From a virus: 64,000 nucleotides of DNA. Location of the stretch: IMG/VR virus record IMGVR_UViG_3300031972_002446, positions 1-64,000 of that record; one strand, 5' to 3'. Shown here in pieces: positions 20,025 through 29,260 of this stretch. Position numbers and translations under genes: made by a program. Position 1 is the stretch's first letter. Each line of letters opens with the position of its first letter. A model generated the notes under the pieces. The model ran no database searches and was not told where the DNA came from. It worked only from the letters and a program-made list of their open reading frames with translations.

Positions 20025-20074
20025 AGAGGGTGTGGTGGAGTCGAACCACCTTAGCCCAAATTGCTCACCCATCC
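20025..20074 (-). ncRNA. tRNA-like mini-element (acceptor-like stem, D-like arm, T arm, no anticodon arm)
   Basis: GGATGGGTG-AGC AATTTGG GCT-AA-GGTGG TTCGACT CCACC-A-CACCCTCT. Confidence 0.55.
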
Positions 20075-20096
20075 AATCACAGGAAATCACAGGCTA

Positions 20097-20936
20097 TTAA
20101 AATTCTTCGTCGTCTTCGTCTTCAAACTGATCCCAGTAATCTTCGTCGTACTCATCATAAACTGTTGAGTATTCATCTTCATCAACATAAGAGTCTGCCT
20201 CAAATTCAGCCTTATAAAGAGGCTTCGGTAGTTCTCCCTGATAAAGACCGACTACTTCATATTTACAAGTGCGAAGTTTTTCACAGTTGCAATCGCTAGG
20301 AACACTAACAACATCTTCAGGATTGATTTTAACAATCACAATATTATCACCAGCATCCACATTGCCATAATTTGCAACATAATTTAATGCCCCAGCATGA
20401 AGTCCAGCAGAACATCCTCTACCTCTATTGTCGTCTACCTTTGCTCGACGCATTTCGCAGACCTGACCAACCTTATTGTCGAATGTTCCTTTCCACTTGT
20501 CTTTAAAGTCACTATTGACTGCCTTGTATGCAAGGAAGCACCCATCTTCAGTGATAGGAAGATTTTCATGCTCCAAGAAGTCATACAGTTCTTGCTGGCT
20601 CTGCATACTTGGATTCTCCATAAGATTTTCCAAGAACTTTACAAGAGGCTCAAAGGGTAATCCCTTACTCATAAACTCTATAATTCTCTTGCTGATGCTG
20701 CCGTGAACTTCTTCACCCTCAAACATCACCTTGCCATTTACGATTGATACTTGTCCGTCACTAAAGGTAGTAATCGCTTTTTCAATATCTACCAGTTCTA
20801 GCAACTCATCTTCTGTTGCTGTTGGAAGTGCTTCCAGAATTAACTTGTAATTAGTATGATCTGGAATTACTTGGTGAGCCTTATTCTTTAAGATCACCGT
20901 TAAGTTACCGTCAACCCACATAAAAGGAACACTCAT
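20097..20936 (-). CDS. rIIB: T4 rIIB-like protein
   Basis: ITEDGCFLAYK, CSAGLH, VKINPEDVVSVP..D...KLRTCKYEVV. Confidence 0.9.
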   Translation of the reverse strand: MSVPFMWVDGNLTVILKNKAHQVIPDHTNYKLILEALPTATEDELLELVDIEKAITTFSDGQVSIVNGKVMFEGEEVHGSISKRIIEFMSKGLPFEPLVKFLENLMENPSMQSQQELYDFLEHENLPITEDGCFLAYKAVNSDFKDKWKGTFDNKVGQVCEMRRAKVDDNRGRGCSAGLHAGALNYVANYGNVDAGDNIVIVKINPEDVVSVPSDCNCEKLRTCKYEVVGLYQGELPKPLYKAEFEADSYVDEDEYSTVYDEYDEDYWDQFEDEDDEEF

Positions 20937-20961
20937 AATTTAAAACTCCTGTGAATAAAAC

Positions 20962-23607
20962 CTAAACCAAATTTCCTACTGCTGTTCTCAGTTCGCTGAG
21001 TTCAACATTGTCAAACCATTTATCTCGACCATAGTAACCATTGTTGTGAATATCTGTAGGAGAATCATTCTTGATCTTCTCAATATCCAACTCATCGTTA
21101 CCACTAACAATATACTTTAGTATCGGTGAACTGTCAATAGCACCTTTAAGAATTTTTCTAAGAGCATCCATCTTAGGCAGGGTCTTGATGATCTCCTGAC
21201 TGCGTGATTTCTTACCAGATGGCAATTCTTCGTAACCATATAGTTTCTTAAATTCACAAAGCATATTGTCTAGTTTAAGAATTTTAGTGTGAATATCTTT
21301 TGCATCTTCTACGATGTTGTATTCACCTGCTATATTATTTACATGCTGTTCAAGTCTTTGCCTACTAAATACCCTAAGATTAAAGTATTCACTATTTGCA
21401 ACCTGAGCAAAGTAGTACATAAGCAGCCATTGATCCATAGCCTTGGTGACTGTCTCGTTTTTAATATAGTCTTTGTAGTCAAGACCATAGATATTTAAAA
21501 GATTAGCCATTACAACTCTATCTGAACGCTCAGGCTGACTACTCCAACTTCTTTGCTTCTTAAAATCTGAAGTAGAATACTCTTTGTCACAGTAGTTTAT
21601 GACTGCATCATACTTACCTACTTCTTCTCTTAATTTCTTAGACATTTTTGCAGCCTTACTCTTAAACCATTTGTTAAAGCAAACTAGATTGATACCTTGC
21701 TTTTGTAGTTTAGATACAGAGCCTTGCTTGATAGCATAAATATTATATTTCTTGAATAGCAAAGCCCCTAAGACGTTATCTTTACCTGCTAGACTATAAA
21801 TACTATGAATGGCGGGATAAGGGCTAACAGAAGCATATCTAGTAATAGGAACATAGATTACTTGGTCAGCATCTTCTAGTTCTTCTACCAGACTATCACT
21901 TAATTCACTAAGCATATTAGAGTCATTAAGATTATTACCGCTAAGATCAGAACACTCATCCGGCTGATAATCTTTAGAACTTTTTAGTAGAAAGATTTCG
22001 TCTTTACTAATCATACCAGCACCAGTACCAGTTCTTCCCTTGGTGCTAGATTGCAGCAGACTACGGTACTCAGAGATATTCTTGACATTCTCTTCTCCAC
22101 CAATATCTTTGATAAGTTTAGTAAAACCTTCGCCAGAATCTTCTGCTGGGTTTTGAGTGTCTACCATAAGATATGCCATACAATCATTCTGATTACAATA
22201 TCTAATAGCAATCTTCTTGGCAGTTTCAGGACTTCTAGTATCGCAGACAAAGAAGGCTAGAGGATTACTCTTACGCTTATTATCCCAATAATTAGACGAT
22301 CTACCCTGTAGACTTTCATGATGGATTTTATCTGTTAGATATAGCATTCTCTTGGAACGATGACTAGCAGTACGATAATTAATAACATACAACTGTTTAT
22401 GCTTACCTAATTTATAATCTAAATCTTCACCAGCAGACAAATCATGTTTTTTACCTTCTGGATCGACCCACTCTGCACCAGCAGTATATCCACCAGCAAT
22501 ATCAGCCAACTTATAATATGTCTGGTAAGCATCTATAAGATTAGTACACTCTTCAACTTTGGTTGACATATTGCTCTTGAGTTGCAAATAAATATCTTGA
22601 GTCTTTTCTCTAAGAGTTTTAATAACACCCTTGGTATACTGTAGACCTTCTCTACTAACATCCATCTCTAGTTCACCAATATCGCAGGTAATTTCAAGAT
22701 ACATGCCAGAGTTTAGAATCTCTTTGACTAAGTTAGTCCAATTATCTACATCTGCTTTCTTAAATGCTCTGTTCCATCGCTGGATAGCATCACTCTTTTG
22801 CTCTTGTTCTTCTTTGCCGATAATTTTATCGGAATCTACTGGGTACGCAATATTACCCATGATAGCGACAATACCAGCACCGGGACTATTATATGTGCTA
22901 GGATATTTGTCATCATTATCAGAGATTCTACCAACACGCCAGTTCTTCCCTTCTATAATAACATTATGGTGACAATACGCATGGTTCTGAAGAAGATTAC
23001 AAGTACCACCCTCCATCATTGGCTTAGTCTTAAAGTAATGAAAGATTCTCTTAGACTTATTAGTAAACTCTTGGAAATCACTTTGTTTGACTGCAAAACT
23101 AATTTCAAGACCGTTAGGTTCATCAGTATGAGTGACCCCAAACAAACTTAGACTAGGTACTCCACCTTCATCCATAGCCGCTATGTAGTTGTACGCTTTG
23201 CCATTGAAGAAAGAAGTTGTGCTAAAACTCTTAGTGTAAGCAAATGGACTCTTAGAACCAAGACCAAGACAACCAGTAAAATCGTTACTGTCATTCTTGT
23301 TACTAGCCCCATAAGTTGTATAGAGTTCTTCCATGTCTTCTTGAGAAAGTCCTGTACCATAATCTCTCACCGTAAAGTTAGGGTTGGCTTGCGTAGGCAA
23401 ACTAACCTTGAAAGGATTTCTATTCCCTGATGCAACATGAGCATCGTTAGCATTTGTAGACAGTTCACGAATAACTGCCATTACTTTATCAGAATACAAT
23501 GAGTCTGATAAAATCTTGAACATTTTACTTGTTTGAGCAATACTAAACTGATTGCTTGCATCAACACCGTTTGAGTGAATTTCAACTGTACGATCTGCGA
23601 GTTTCAT
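20962..23607 (-). CDS. rIIA: T4 rIIA-like protein (N-terminal GHKL/HATPase_c)
   Basis: LYSDK..AVIRELSTNA.DAH, VRDYGTGLS, GLGSKSPFAY, SREGL; start at MKLAD with GGAG RBS, downstream of promoter. Confidence 0.9.
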   Translation of the reverse strand: MKLADRTVEIHSNGVDASNQFSIAQTSKMFKILSDSLYSDKVMAVIRELSTNANDAHVASGNRNPFKVSLPTQANPNFTVRDYGTGLSQEDMEELYTTYGASNKNDSNDFTGCLGLGSKSPFAYTKSFSTTSFFNGKAYNYIAAMDEGGVPSLSLFGVTHTDEPNGLEISFAVKQSDFQEFTNKSKRIFHYFKTKPMMEGGTCNLLQNHAYCHHNVIIEGKNWRVGRISDNDDKYPSTYNSPGAGIVAIMGNIAYPVDSDKIIGKEEQEQKSDAIQRWNRAFKKADVDNWTNLVKEILNSGMYLEITCDIGELEMDVSREGLQYTKGVIKTLREKTQDIYLQLKSNMSTKVEECTNLIDAYQTYYKLADIAGGYTAGAEWVDPEGKKHDLSAGEDLDYKLGKHKQLYVINYRTASHRSKRMLYLTDKIHHESLQGRSSNYWDNKRKSNPLAFFVCDTRSPETAKKIAIRYCNQNDCMAYLMVDTQNPAEDSGEGFTKLIKDIGGEENVKNISEYRSLLQSSTKGRTGTGAGMISKDEIFLLKSSKDYQPDECSDLSGNNLNDSNMLSELSDSLVEELEDADQVIYVPITRYASVSPYPAIHSIYSLAGKDNVLGALLFKKYNIYAIKQGSVSKLQKQGINLVCFNKWFKSKAAKMSKKLREEVGKYDAVINYCDKEYSTSDFKKQRSWSSQPERSDRVVMANLLNIYGLDYKDYIKNETVTKAMDQWLLMYYFAQVANSEYFNLRVFSRQRLEQHVNNIAGEYNIVEDAKDIHTKILKLDNMLCEFKKLYGYEELPSGKKSRSQEIIKTLPKMDALRKILKGAIDSSPILKYIVSGNDELDIEKIKNDSPTDIHNNGYYGRDKWFDNVELSELRTAVGNLV

Positions 23608-23647
23608 CTGTGATAGTCTCCAAAAGTTAATTTCTTGTGATAGCCTA

Positions 23648-23676
23648 AGTATACTATCGGATACATAGGTTGTCAA
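23648..23676 (-). promoter_or_regulatory. Sigma70-type promoter for rIIA
   Basis: TTGACA-acctatgtatccgatag(17)-TATACT. Confidence 0.8.
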
Positions 23677-23760
23677 GCGTTAATTTATTCTGTCCAAATG
23701 TTATCCACACACGGCAGTAAAGGATATTCTAATTCCTCATCTTCTATTTCAAACCAATCC

Positions 23761-24066
23761 TCAATATCCATGAGGTGTATCATCTTCATCATCGTAATCC
23801 TCATAATCTTCTGGATGATAATCTTCATCCTCATAAGGAGTCCAATCTGTGTTATAGATATTTTCCTCTTCGATTACTTGGTCTTCTAATATTTCAGCAG
23901 CATCCATAATTATTTCAAATTCTGCAAGTCTATCGGATATACTTTTAATTTGTTTTTCTAAATTTTTAAGTATCTTTTTTATATCCCTATTTTCTTTATC
24001 AATAGTTGATAAAGTTTTATTGGTTTCTGTCAGCATTTTAATAATTTTTTGAAATTCAGTATTCAT
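23761..24066 (-). CDS. Hypothetical coiled-coil protein with acidic tail
   Basis: ORF track. Confidence 0.6.
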   Translation of the reverse strand: MNTEFQKIIKMLTETNKTLSTIDKENRDIKKILKNLEKQIKSISDRLAEFEIIMDAAEILEDQVIEEENIYNTDWTPYEDEDYHPEDYEDYDDEDDTPHGY

Positions 24067-24368
24067 TATAGAGGCTTATACTCTTTAATATCACCATTTT
24101 CTATAATTTTTTTATCTTCATATGAGGTGGCAATACGACGATAAAACTCTTGCTTTATATTTTCTAATACACCAGTAATCATAGCAATCTTACTGTAAGA
24201 TATATTGCCCATACTTTTAGCAAGTATCCTACTAAAAGAGTAGTTAATTTCGCCTAATAATAGGGTAAATTCCTCATTGGTTACTTCATTGTTGTGCGTT
24301 AAGCACTCAACCATATTGTCTATACAGTCATCCAACTCTAATCTTGCGCTTTCATTTATATATGGCAT
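24066..24368 (-). CDS. Conserved phage protein (MPYI...GELNY type, DUF6899-like)
   Basis: MPYI, GEINY, GVLENIKQEFYRR...YEDKKI.ENGD. Confidence 0.7.
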   Translation of the reverse strand: MPYINESARLELDDCIDNMVECLTHNNEVTNEEFTLLLGEINYSFSRILAKSMGNISYSKIAMITGVLENIKQEFYRRIATSYEDKKIIENGDIKEYKPL

Positions 24369-24916
24369 AATTCATCCTCATAAGTACTAGAACAATAACA
24401 CTGATAATCATTACAATATGGACACTTTGGCCCCGGTTCAAGAAAACCCCAAGCATTACAATATGGAGTAAAACTTTCTGTTCCTGTATCTATACAAACT
24501 AATCTATTATTAATATAGCCAACATTTGTCCAATGACAATCCCAAAATTTAAGTCCTGTTTGTTCTTTGATTATACTTACAAGATATTCTAGTCTATCAT
24601 AGGGTTTTTCGTCTATATCTAATAGCCTCGCTTTTTCTGTAACATACCCCCAAGAGGTTACAGTTTCTTCTGGAGTCCAGTATTTTAAAATATTAGGGTC
24701 GTAGGAGTATGGTATTTTACAGACCTTTGTAATGGCTTGTGGGGCCAAATTAAACTTGGCTAATTTTTTCTGTATTTTATAAGTTTCTTTTGCTCTGGTT
24801 TTTAATTTAAAACTTTTAAACCCCAAATTATCCTCTCCCTTAATAGGGAGGAAATCACAGTAACTACCAGAATCATCCATATAAGATGTATCAACCAAAT
24901 AATCGTTATTTACCAT
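24356..24916 (-). CDS. Protein-kinase-like fold enzyme
   Basis: GFK, LAP, DCHWTNVG (DxHxxN loop), CIDTG (DFG-like). Confidence 0.6.
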   Translation of the reverse strand: MVNNDYLVDTSYMDDSGSYCDFLPIKGEDNLGFKSFKLKTRAKETYKIQKKLAKFNLAPQAITKVCKIPYSYDPNILKYWTPEETVTSWGYVTEKARLLDIDEKPYDRLEYLVSIIKEQTGLKFWDCHWTNVGYINNRLVCIDTGTESFTPYCNAWGFLEPGPKCPYCNDYQCYCSSTYEDELCHI

Positions 24917-25091
24917 TTACATTCCTATATTCTTCATCAGTCCACATTTTGTAGACCAAATAAAAATCTCTAGGTTTCCATTGTTTTACTTTTTCTTCAC
25001 TAGATACTTCTCCCCTTGGAACGGAGAGAAGCATCACCAGATATAAAAAGCACAACCCAATAATAATCCACAAACTTTTATCTTTAATCAA
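24906..25091 (-). CDS. Small membrane protein
   Basis: N-terminal hydrophobic helix. Confidence 0.5.
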   Translation of the reverse strand: MIKDKSLWIIIGLCFLYLVMLLSVPRGEVSSEEKVKQWKPRDFYLVYKMWTDEEYRNVNGK

Positions 25092-26091
25092 TACTTCCTA
25101 CTTCTCTTCCATTACGAGTAATTGCAGCAGCAAATGCTCTTAAATCTACGTTATCATTAATAGTTCTAGTAGAACCATCTGCATATACGCAATTCATTAC
25201 GCCGGGGTGCATACTATATGCTTCACCATCATTAATAACATTGAATGGTACATTACCAGAACAATTTTTACATTTATCACCATTAGCATCAACACCATGT
25301 AATTTAAATGGCCCTAATGAATCTGCCCAACCAATACACTGGTTAGTACCACCAATAGCAGTTTTACCATTACTAGCCTTATATATATCAGGTCTACTTG
25401 CACACTCTACAATCATAAGAGTATTAGAAAAACCATCAACAATTTCTTGCTCTTTAGTTACTTTATCTTTAATCAAGCAACCATCATCATTAGTTTTACT
25501 TGCGTAAGGATCGCTACCAGCAGGAAAAATCTTATCTTTTACTCCAGTAAACACCTCATAGTCTGTATAACCAAGTATATTCGGGTCTAAACTCGGTGCA
25601 GCACTATCGCTATCTCTACTAGGCCCATCAACACTGGCGTACCCACCATTAGGAGGAAGTGCGGTTGGACATTTAAATACAGATGCTTCTGTAGCAATAG
25701 CAGCAGTATTTTGCCACCAATGTTTATTGAAGTCATAAATGTTTGCTACGTTACCCTGTTCTAAATTTGCAAGAACAAATGCTCTCCAACTATGTTCTGT
25801 TCGTGAAGGATTACCTAGCGAACTAGGAGTCTCGGACAAATTCTTTGCTTCGATAGTCCATGCAGCAGCAGGGAAATATCTCTTCTGGTCTAAACTCATG
25901 TGCATAGCAAGACCTTGTTGTTTTAGATTATTTGAGCATGATGCTCGTCTTGCAGACTCTCTGGCAGACTGAACAGCGGGTAATAGCAATCCTACTAAAA
26001 CGCCGATGATTGCAATAACTACCAGTAATTCGATGAGAGTAAAACCTTTATTGTTTTTAGTTTTTTTACTTCGTTTGAAAAAGTTAAACAT
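25084..26091 (-). CDS. DUF1559 (SBP_bac_10) prepilin-type N-methylation protein with H-X9-DG motif
   Basis: KG|FTLIELLVVIAIIGVLVGLLLPAVQSARESARR..CSNNLKQ.GLA.H; DGFSNT; SMHPGVMNCVYADGS. Confidence 0.95.
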   Translation of the reverse strand: MFNFFKRSKKTKNNKGFTLIELLVVIAIIGVLVGLLLPAVQSARESARRASCSNNLKQQGLAMHMSLDQKRYFPAAAWTIEAKNLSETPSSLGNPSRTEHSWRAFVLANLEQGNVANIYDFNKHWWQNTAAIATEASVFKCPTALPPNGGYASVDGPSRDSDSAAPSLDPNILGYTDYEVFTGVKDKIFPAGSDPYASKTNDDGCLIKDKVTKEQEIVDGFSNTLMIVECASRPDIYKASNGKTAIGGTNQCIGWADSLGPFKLHGVDANGDKCKNCSGNVPFNVINDGEAYSMHPGVMNCVYADGSTRTINDNVDLRAFAAAITRNGREVGSID

Positions 26092-26211
26092 TTATATTTG
26101 CCCTTTTGTCAATGGATACTTTGGTAAGAAACTTACAGTAAGTTCTGATATCTCATTATACCCATATTAAGATACTATGGTGAGTCCGGCATTGTTAGAA
26201 TTGTGTTAAAA

Positions 26212-26565
26212 TCAATACGAGTAGATATGTACAGAATTACCAGTCAATTCTTCTATCAAACTGGTAGCCTCTTTAATCTGCCAGTAGTCACCTATAGCCC
26301 TTCTTCCTCTATGATAATCGTTTTTATAGACAGCAAACACTCTGTAAAATGGATCATCTAAACCAAATTCATTAGAACCTAAGAAGTCTTCCGCTGTTTT
26401 TAACTGTTCTATAATAGTGCCTCCGCTATAATCACTCACTTCTCTGCAAGTAATTATTTCAAAACCTTTTATAACAGATTTACTGTTTGTGTTTAACGCA
26501 AAAGCATTACATAGTCTGTTTGATCGTTCCATCTTATTGTTCCTGTAATTATTAATATAATTCAT
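26212..26565 (-). CDS. Hypothetical protein
   Basis: ORF track; probable start MERSN. Confidence 0.55.
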   Translation of the reverse strand: MNYINNYRNNKMERSNRLCNAFALNTNSKSVIKGFEIITCREVSDYSGGTIIEQLKTAEDFLGSNEFGLDDPFYRVFAVYKNDYHRGRRAIGDYWQIKEATSLIEELTGNSVHIYSY

Positions 26566-26947
26566 CGTCAGTTCTAAAAATTTTCATTCTCTTATAAGCG
26601 GTGCTGATATCAGGCATTGATCCTTTATCTTCTTTCTTACACCTAACCCACATGCCCTCGTGCCATTTGCAGTAATAATTATTTCTAATAGCATACTCTA
26701 TTGGGGTCTCTATATCTTTTTCTATACTAGTGTTATCTGGTATTTTATCCGCAACATTCCATAAAACCTCCAAATCACTCGCAGCACCAAAATCAGATAA
26801 AATTTGAATAATTCTTGATGGATTAGAGATTTGATGTTTTTCTAAGAATCTTTTCGTATAAATAAATCCATGAATATTTTCTCTTTTAGTCCTACTGGCA
26901 AATTTTTTTTCTATAAATAAATAAAGATCACCATATGTTTTATTCAT
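26552..26947 (-). CDS. Hypothetical protein, N-terminus weakly DUF2695-like
   Basis: TKRFL...L..FGA.SD.EVL.NV. Confidence 0.45.
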   Translation of the reverse strand: MNKTYGDLYLFIEKKFASRTKRENIHGFIYTKRFLEKHQISNPSRIIQILSDFGAASDLEVLWNVADKIPDNTSIEKDIETPIEYAIRNNYYCKWHEGMWVRCKKEDKGSMPDISTAYKRMKIFRTDDELY

Positions 26948-26960
26948 AACTAGCCCTTAG

Positions 26961-27033
26961 TAGGGTTGGCGGGAGTCGAACCCGCACTGTACGGATTTTA
27001 AGTCCGTTGTCTCTGCCTTTGGACTACAACCCC
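26961..27033 (-). tRNA. tRNA-Leu (anticodon UAA), short variable loop, CCA not encoded
   Basis: GGGGTTG acceptor/CAACCCT-A; ACGGA-CTTAAAA-TCCGT; GCGGG-TTCGACT-CCCGC. Confidence 0.93.
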
Positions 27034-27046
27034 GAATAGTATTTTA

Positions 27047-27331
27047 TTAAGTTCTATTCGACGCTTCCTTTAATCTACTAACAATCTCAATCATATTCTT
27101 CACGTTATCAATATTCTTTTCTGTTTTTTTTCTTTGCATATCTGGGATACTAACACCTTTTTCAGATAAACTTCTTTTAACTCTAGCATATCTAGCCATA
27201 GTGCTAGCGACTTTTTGACCTGTCTTCTCAGCGATCTCTGCATAAGTTTTACTAGAAAATATTGCTTCTAAAAATTTTTCGTCACTACAACGAATCCTTT
27301 TCTGTTTCGTTGTCATAATTACTTTAGTCAT
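27047..27331 (-). CDS. Putative HTH DNA-binding protein
   Basis: KTYAEIAEKTGQKVAS..AR. Confidence 0.55.
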   Translation of the reverse strand: MTKVIMTTKQKRIRCSDEKFLEAIFSSKTYAEIAEKTGQKVASTMARYARVKRSLSEKGVSIPDMQRKKTEKNIDNVKNMIEIVSRLKEASNRT

Positions 27332-27365
27332 TTTAAATCTCCATGTCCAAAAGTTTCTTGTTCCT

Positions 27366-27394
27366 ATTATACATTATGTTATCGTCACTGTCAA
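27366..27394 (-). promoter_or_regulatory. Sigma70-type promoter with CGAT spacer box
   Basis: TTGACA-gtgacgataacataatg(17)-TATAAT. Confidence 0.85.
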
Positions 27395-27404
27395 TACCAT
27401 ATCT

Positions 27405-27785
27405 TTATTTTTTTTTACCGAAACATACACACCAGAATAATATGTCGTCATCAGAATACCCGAAACCGCATCCTATATGAGTAAAAGTGCTACTCATTAT
27501 ATTAGCCCGATGCCCAGCACTATTCAACCATGTTTTCATTACGGTTGTTTCATTTTTTTGACCATAGGCTATATTTTCTCCAGCAGAATTAAAACCTAAA
27601 TTCATTATGTTTTTAATTTTACTATGATACATCCTCTCTTTTTGAGACATATATAAAGCCCAATCTTGAGCATACATCATTAATTTATTATCAGGTTCTA
27701 ATGGTTTTAATTTCCACCAATTATCTCCCCTTGCTTTATTATGCATTTCTATTAATGTAAACATATTTGGAAATATTAACTTCAT
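27405..27785 (-). CDS. CAP/SCP domain protein
   Basis: HN..R, GENIAYGQ, WLNSAGHRANI, IGCG. Confidence 0.9.
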   Translation of the reverse strand: MKLIFPNMFTLIEMHNKARGDNWWKLKPLEPDNKLMMYAQDWALYMSQKERMYHSKIKNIMNLGFNSAGENIAYGQKNETTVMKTWLNSAGHRANIMSSTFTHIGCGFGYSDDDILFWCVCFGKKK

Positions 27786-28618
27786 TGAATAAATACTCCA
27801 TCAAATTCCTCTATAAGAAAATCTCTTATTAATTTAGCATCTTTGTTGTTCTGCAAATTATTTAATAGAGAATCTTGTCCACTAGAAGGGAATATGGTTC
27901 TGCCTTCAAAAAAAACTTTTTCGGAACGGATTAAAAAAAACTGAATAGTATTTCTAAATTGTGGATAATTTTGCCAATAATCTGGTTGTTTTTCTTTTAT
28001 CGCTTTTGCTAAAGCAGTACAATATATACTAAACTCTAACGCACCAGACACACTATCGTAATTTTTTTGAGTTAACATATTATTCATGTGATCATCTACT
28101 GCACACTCAGCACCACTGATATATGCACTCCACTCATCAACTGGATACAAACAAACATTGTTCCAAGACTTTAATTGCTTAACAAAATACAATGTATATC
28201 TATAACCTCTGAGAGTATTAGGTATGTAAGGAATTATATCTTCCATTTTAAGATGATTTGGCTCTTTAAGCCATACGCATCTACAACACCCTGAATAGAA
28301 AGCCCTATAACCTTTTCTTGTATTACTGATTGCGTTATTGATACCATGAACTGTTTCGTGAGCGTTGGTGCTTCTACCATGTTTGTTTCCAAATGGTTTA
28401 GCAAAACAAGTTATAACTTGATTATAGATAGAATTTTTTTCTAAATGTTTTTTATCTTCTAATTCAAAAATATCTAAAACTATCGGCGTTGATCTCGGTT
28501 CCATTTCTGAAAAAGTTTTAACTTCAACAGTCTCATTACCGAGACAATATTGAAATGATGAAATGGATAACGCATAATAACACCATATAGTTAATATTGC
28601 TGTAAAGAATCTAACCAT
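27782..28618 (-). CDS. Secreted protein with HExxH zincin-like motif
   Basis: Signal-like N-terminus; AHETVHG; downstream DEWSAY. Confidence 0.5.
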   Translation of the reverse strand: MVRFFTAILTIWCYYALSISSFQYCLGNETVEVKTFSEMEPRSTPIVLDIFELEDKKHLEKNSIYNQVITCFAKPFGNKHGRSTNAHETVHGINNAISNTRKGYRAFYSGCCRCVWLKEPNHLKMEDIIPYIPNTLRGYRYTLYFVKQLKSWNNVCLYPVDEWSAYISGAECAVDDHMNNMLTQKNYDSVSGALEFSIYCTALAKAIKEKQPDYWQNYPQFRNTIQFFLIRSEKVFFEGRTIFPSSGQDSLLNNLQNNKDAKLIRDFLIEEFDGVFIQ

Positions 28619-29064
28619 TTTGAGTAATCCTTATCTTTATATCCTATTTTCCTTGAGAGTTCATTTCCTTTTAAATCAATTAGTATAGATGTAGGTAAAC
28701 TTCTAGGTCTATATTTATTAATATCATTACTATTATTATCCTTATTATCTGTGTCTAAAAAACAAATAATATAATCCTTAAACTGCTTAATCTTTTTAGA
28801 TGCTCTTTTCAAATCTTTACAGTAAGGACACCATTCAGCACCAAATATTACAATCACTTTTCTTTTATGCGTGGATGCTATCGCTTTGGCTTTTTTCAAA
28901 TCGTCGTATACAAAATTAGTATCTAATGTAGGAACAACAACAGGTTGATTATCTATATCAACTATATTAGTATCGGGTTTTGGATTCTCTTGTGTAACGC
29001 CACTTCTAAAAGCAATCACACTTACTAAGACTAAAAGGATAATATATAAAAATGATCTACTCAT
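28591..29064 (-). CDS. Exported thioredoxin-fold protein
   Basis: N-terminal TM, WCPYC, SLPT. Confidence 0.85.
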   Translation of the reverse strand: MSRSFLYIILLVLVSVIAFRSGVTQENPKPDTNIVDIDNQPVVVPTLDTNFVYDDLKKAKAIASTHKRKVIVIFGAEWCPYCKDLKRASKKIKQFKDYIICFLDTDNKDNNSNDINKYRPRSLPTSILIDLKGNELSRKIGYKDKDYSKWLDSLQQY

Positions 29065-29074
29065 ATTTGCAACA

Positions 29075-29260
29075 TCACTTCTTCTTGGGAAGCAATATTC
29101 CTAAAAGTAAATATATCCATAGTAAAATAGAACCAGAAGCAATAGTTCCAAAAACTACAGACAATCTAATAATACTAACATCAATGCCTGTGGCGTTAGA
29201 AATACCGGAACAAACGCCAAATATCATACCATTCTCTTTATCTTTAAATAATGATTTCAT
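29075..29260 (-). CDS. pspC: PspC domain membrane protein
   Basis: MIFGVCSGI....GID..IIRL...YLLL.ILLP. Confidence 0.85.
   Translation of the reverse strand: MKSLFKDKENGMIFGVCSGISNATGIDVSIIRLSVVFGTIASGSILLWIYLLLGILLPKKK

Noticed and set aside
23608-23676. Extended TTG start for rIIA; similar long starts at 31908, 38248, 30478 and 50906
   Set aside because: The extensions overlap promoter motifs or upstream genes; downstream starts have better RBS or gene-packing context
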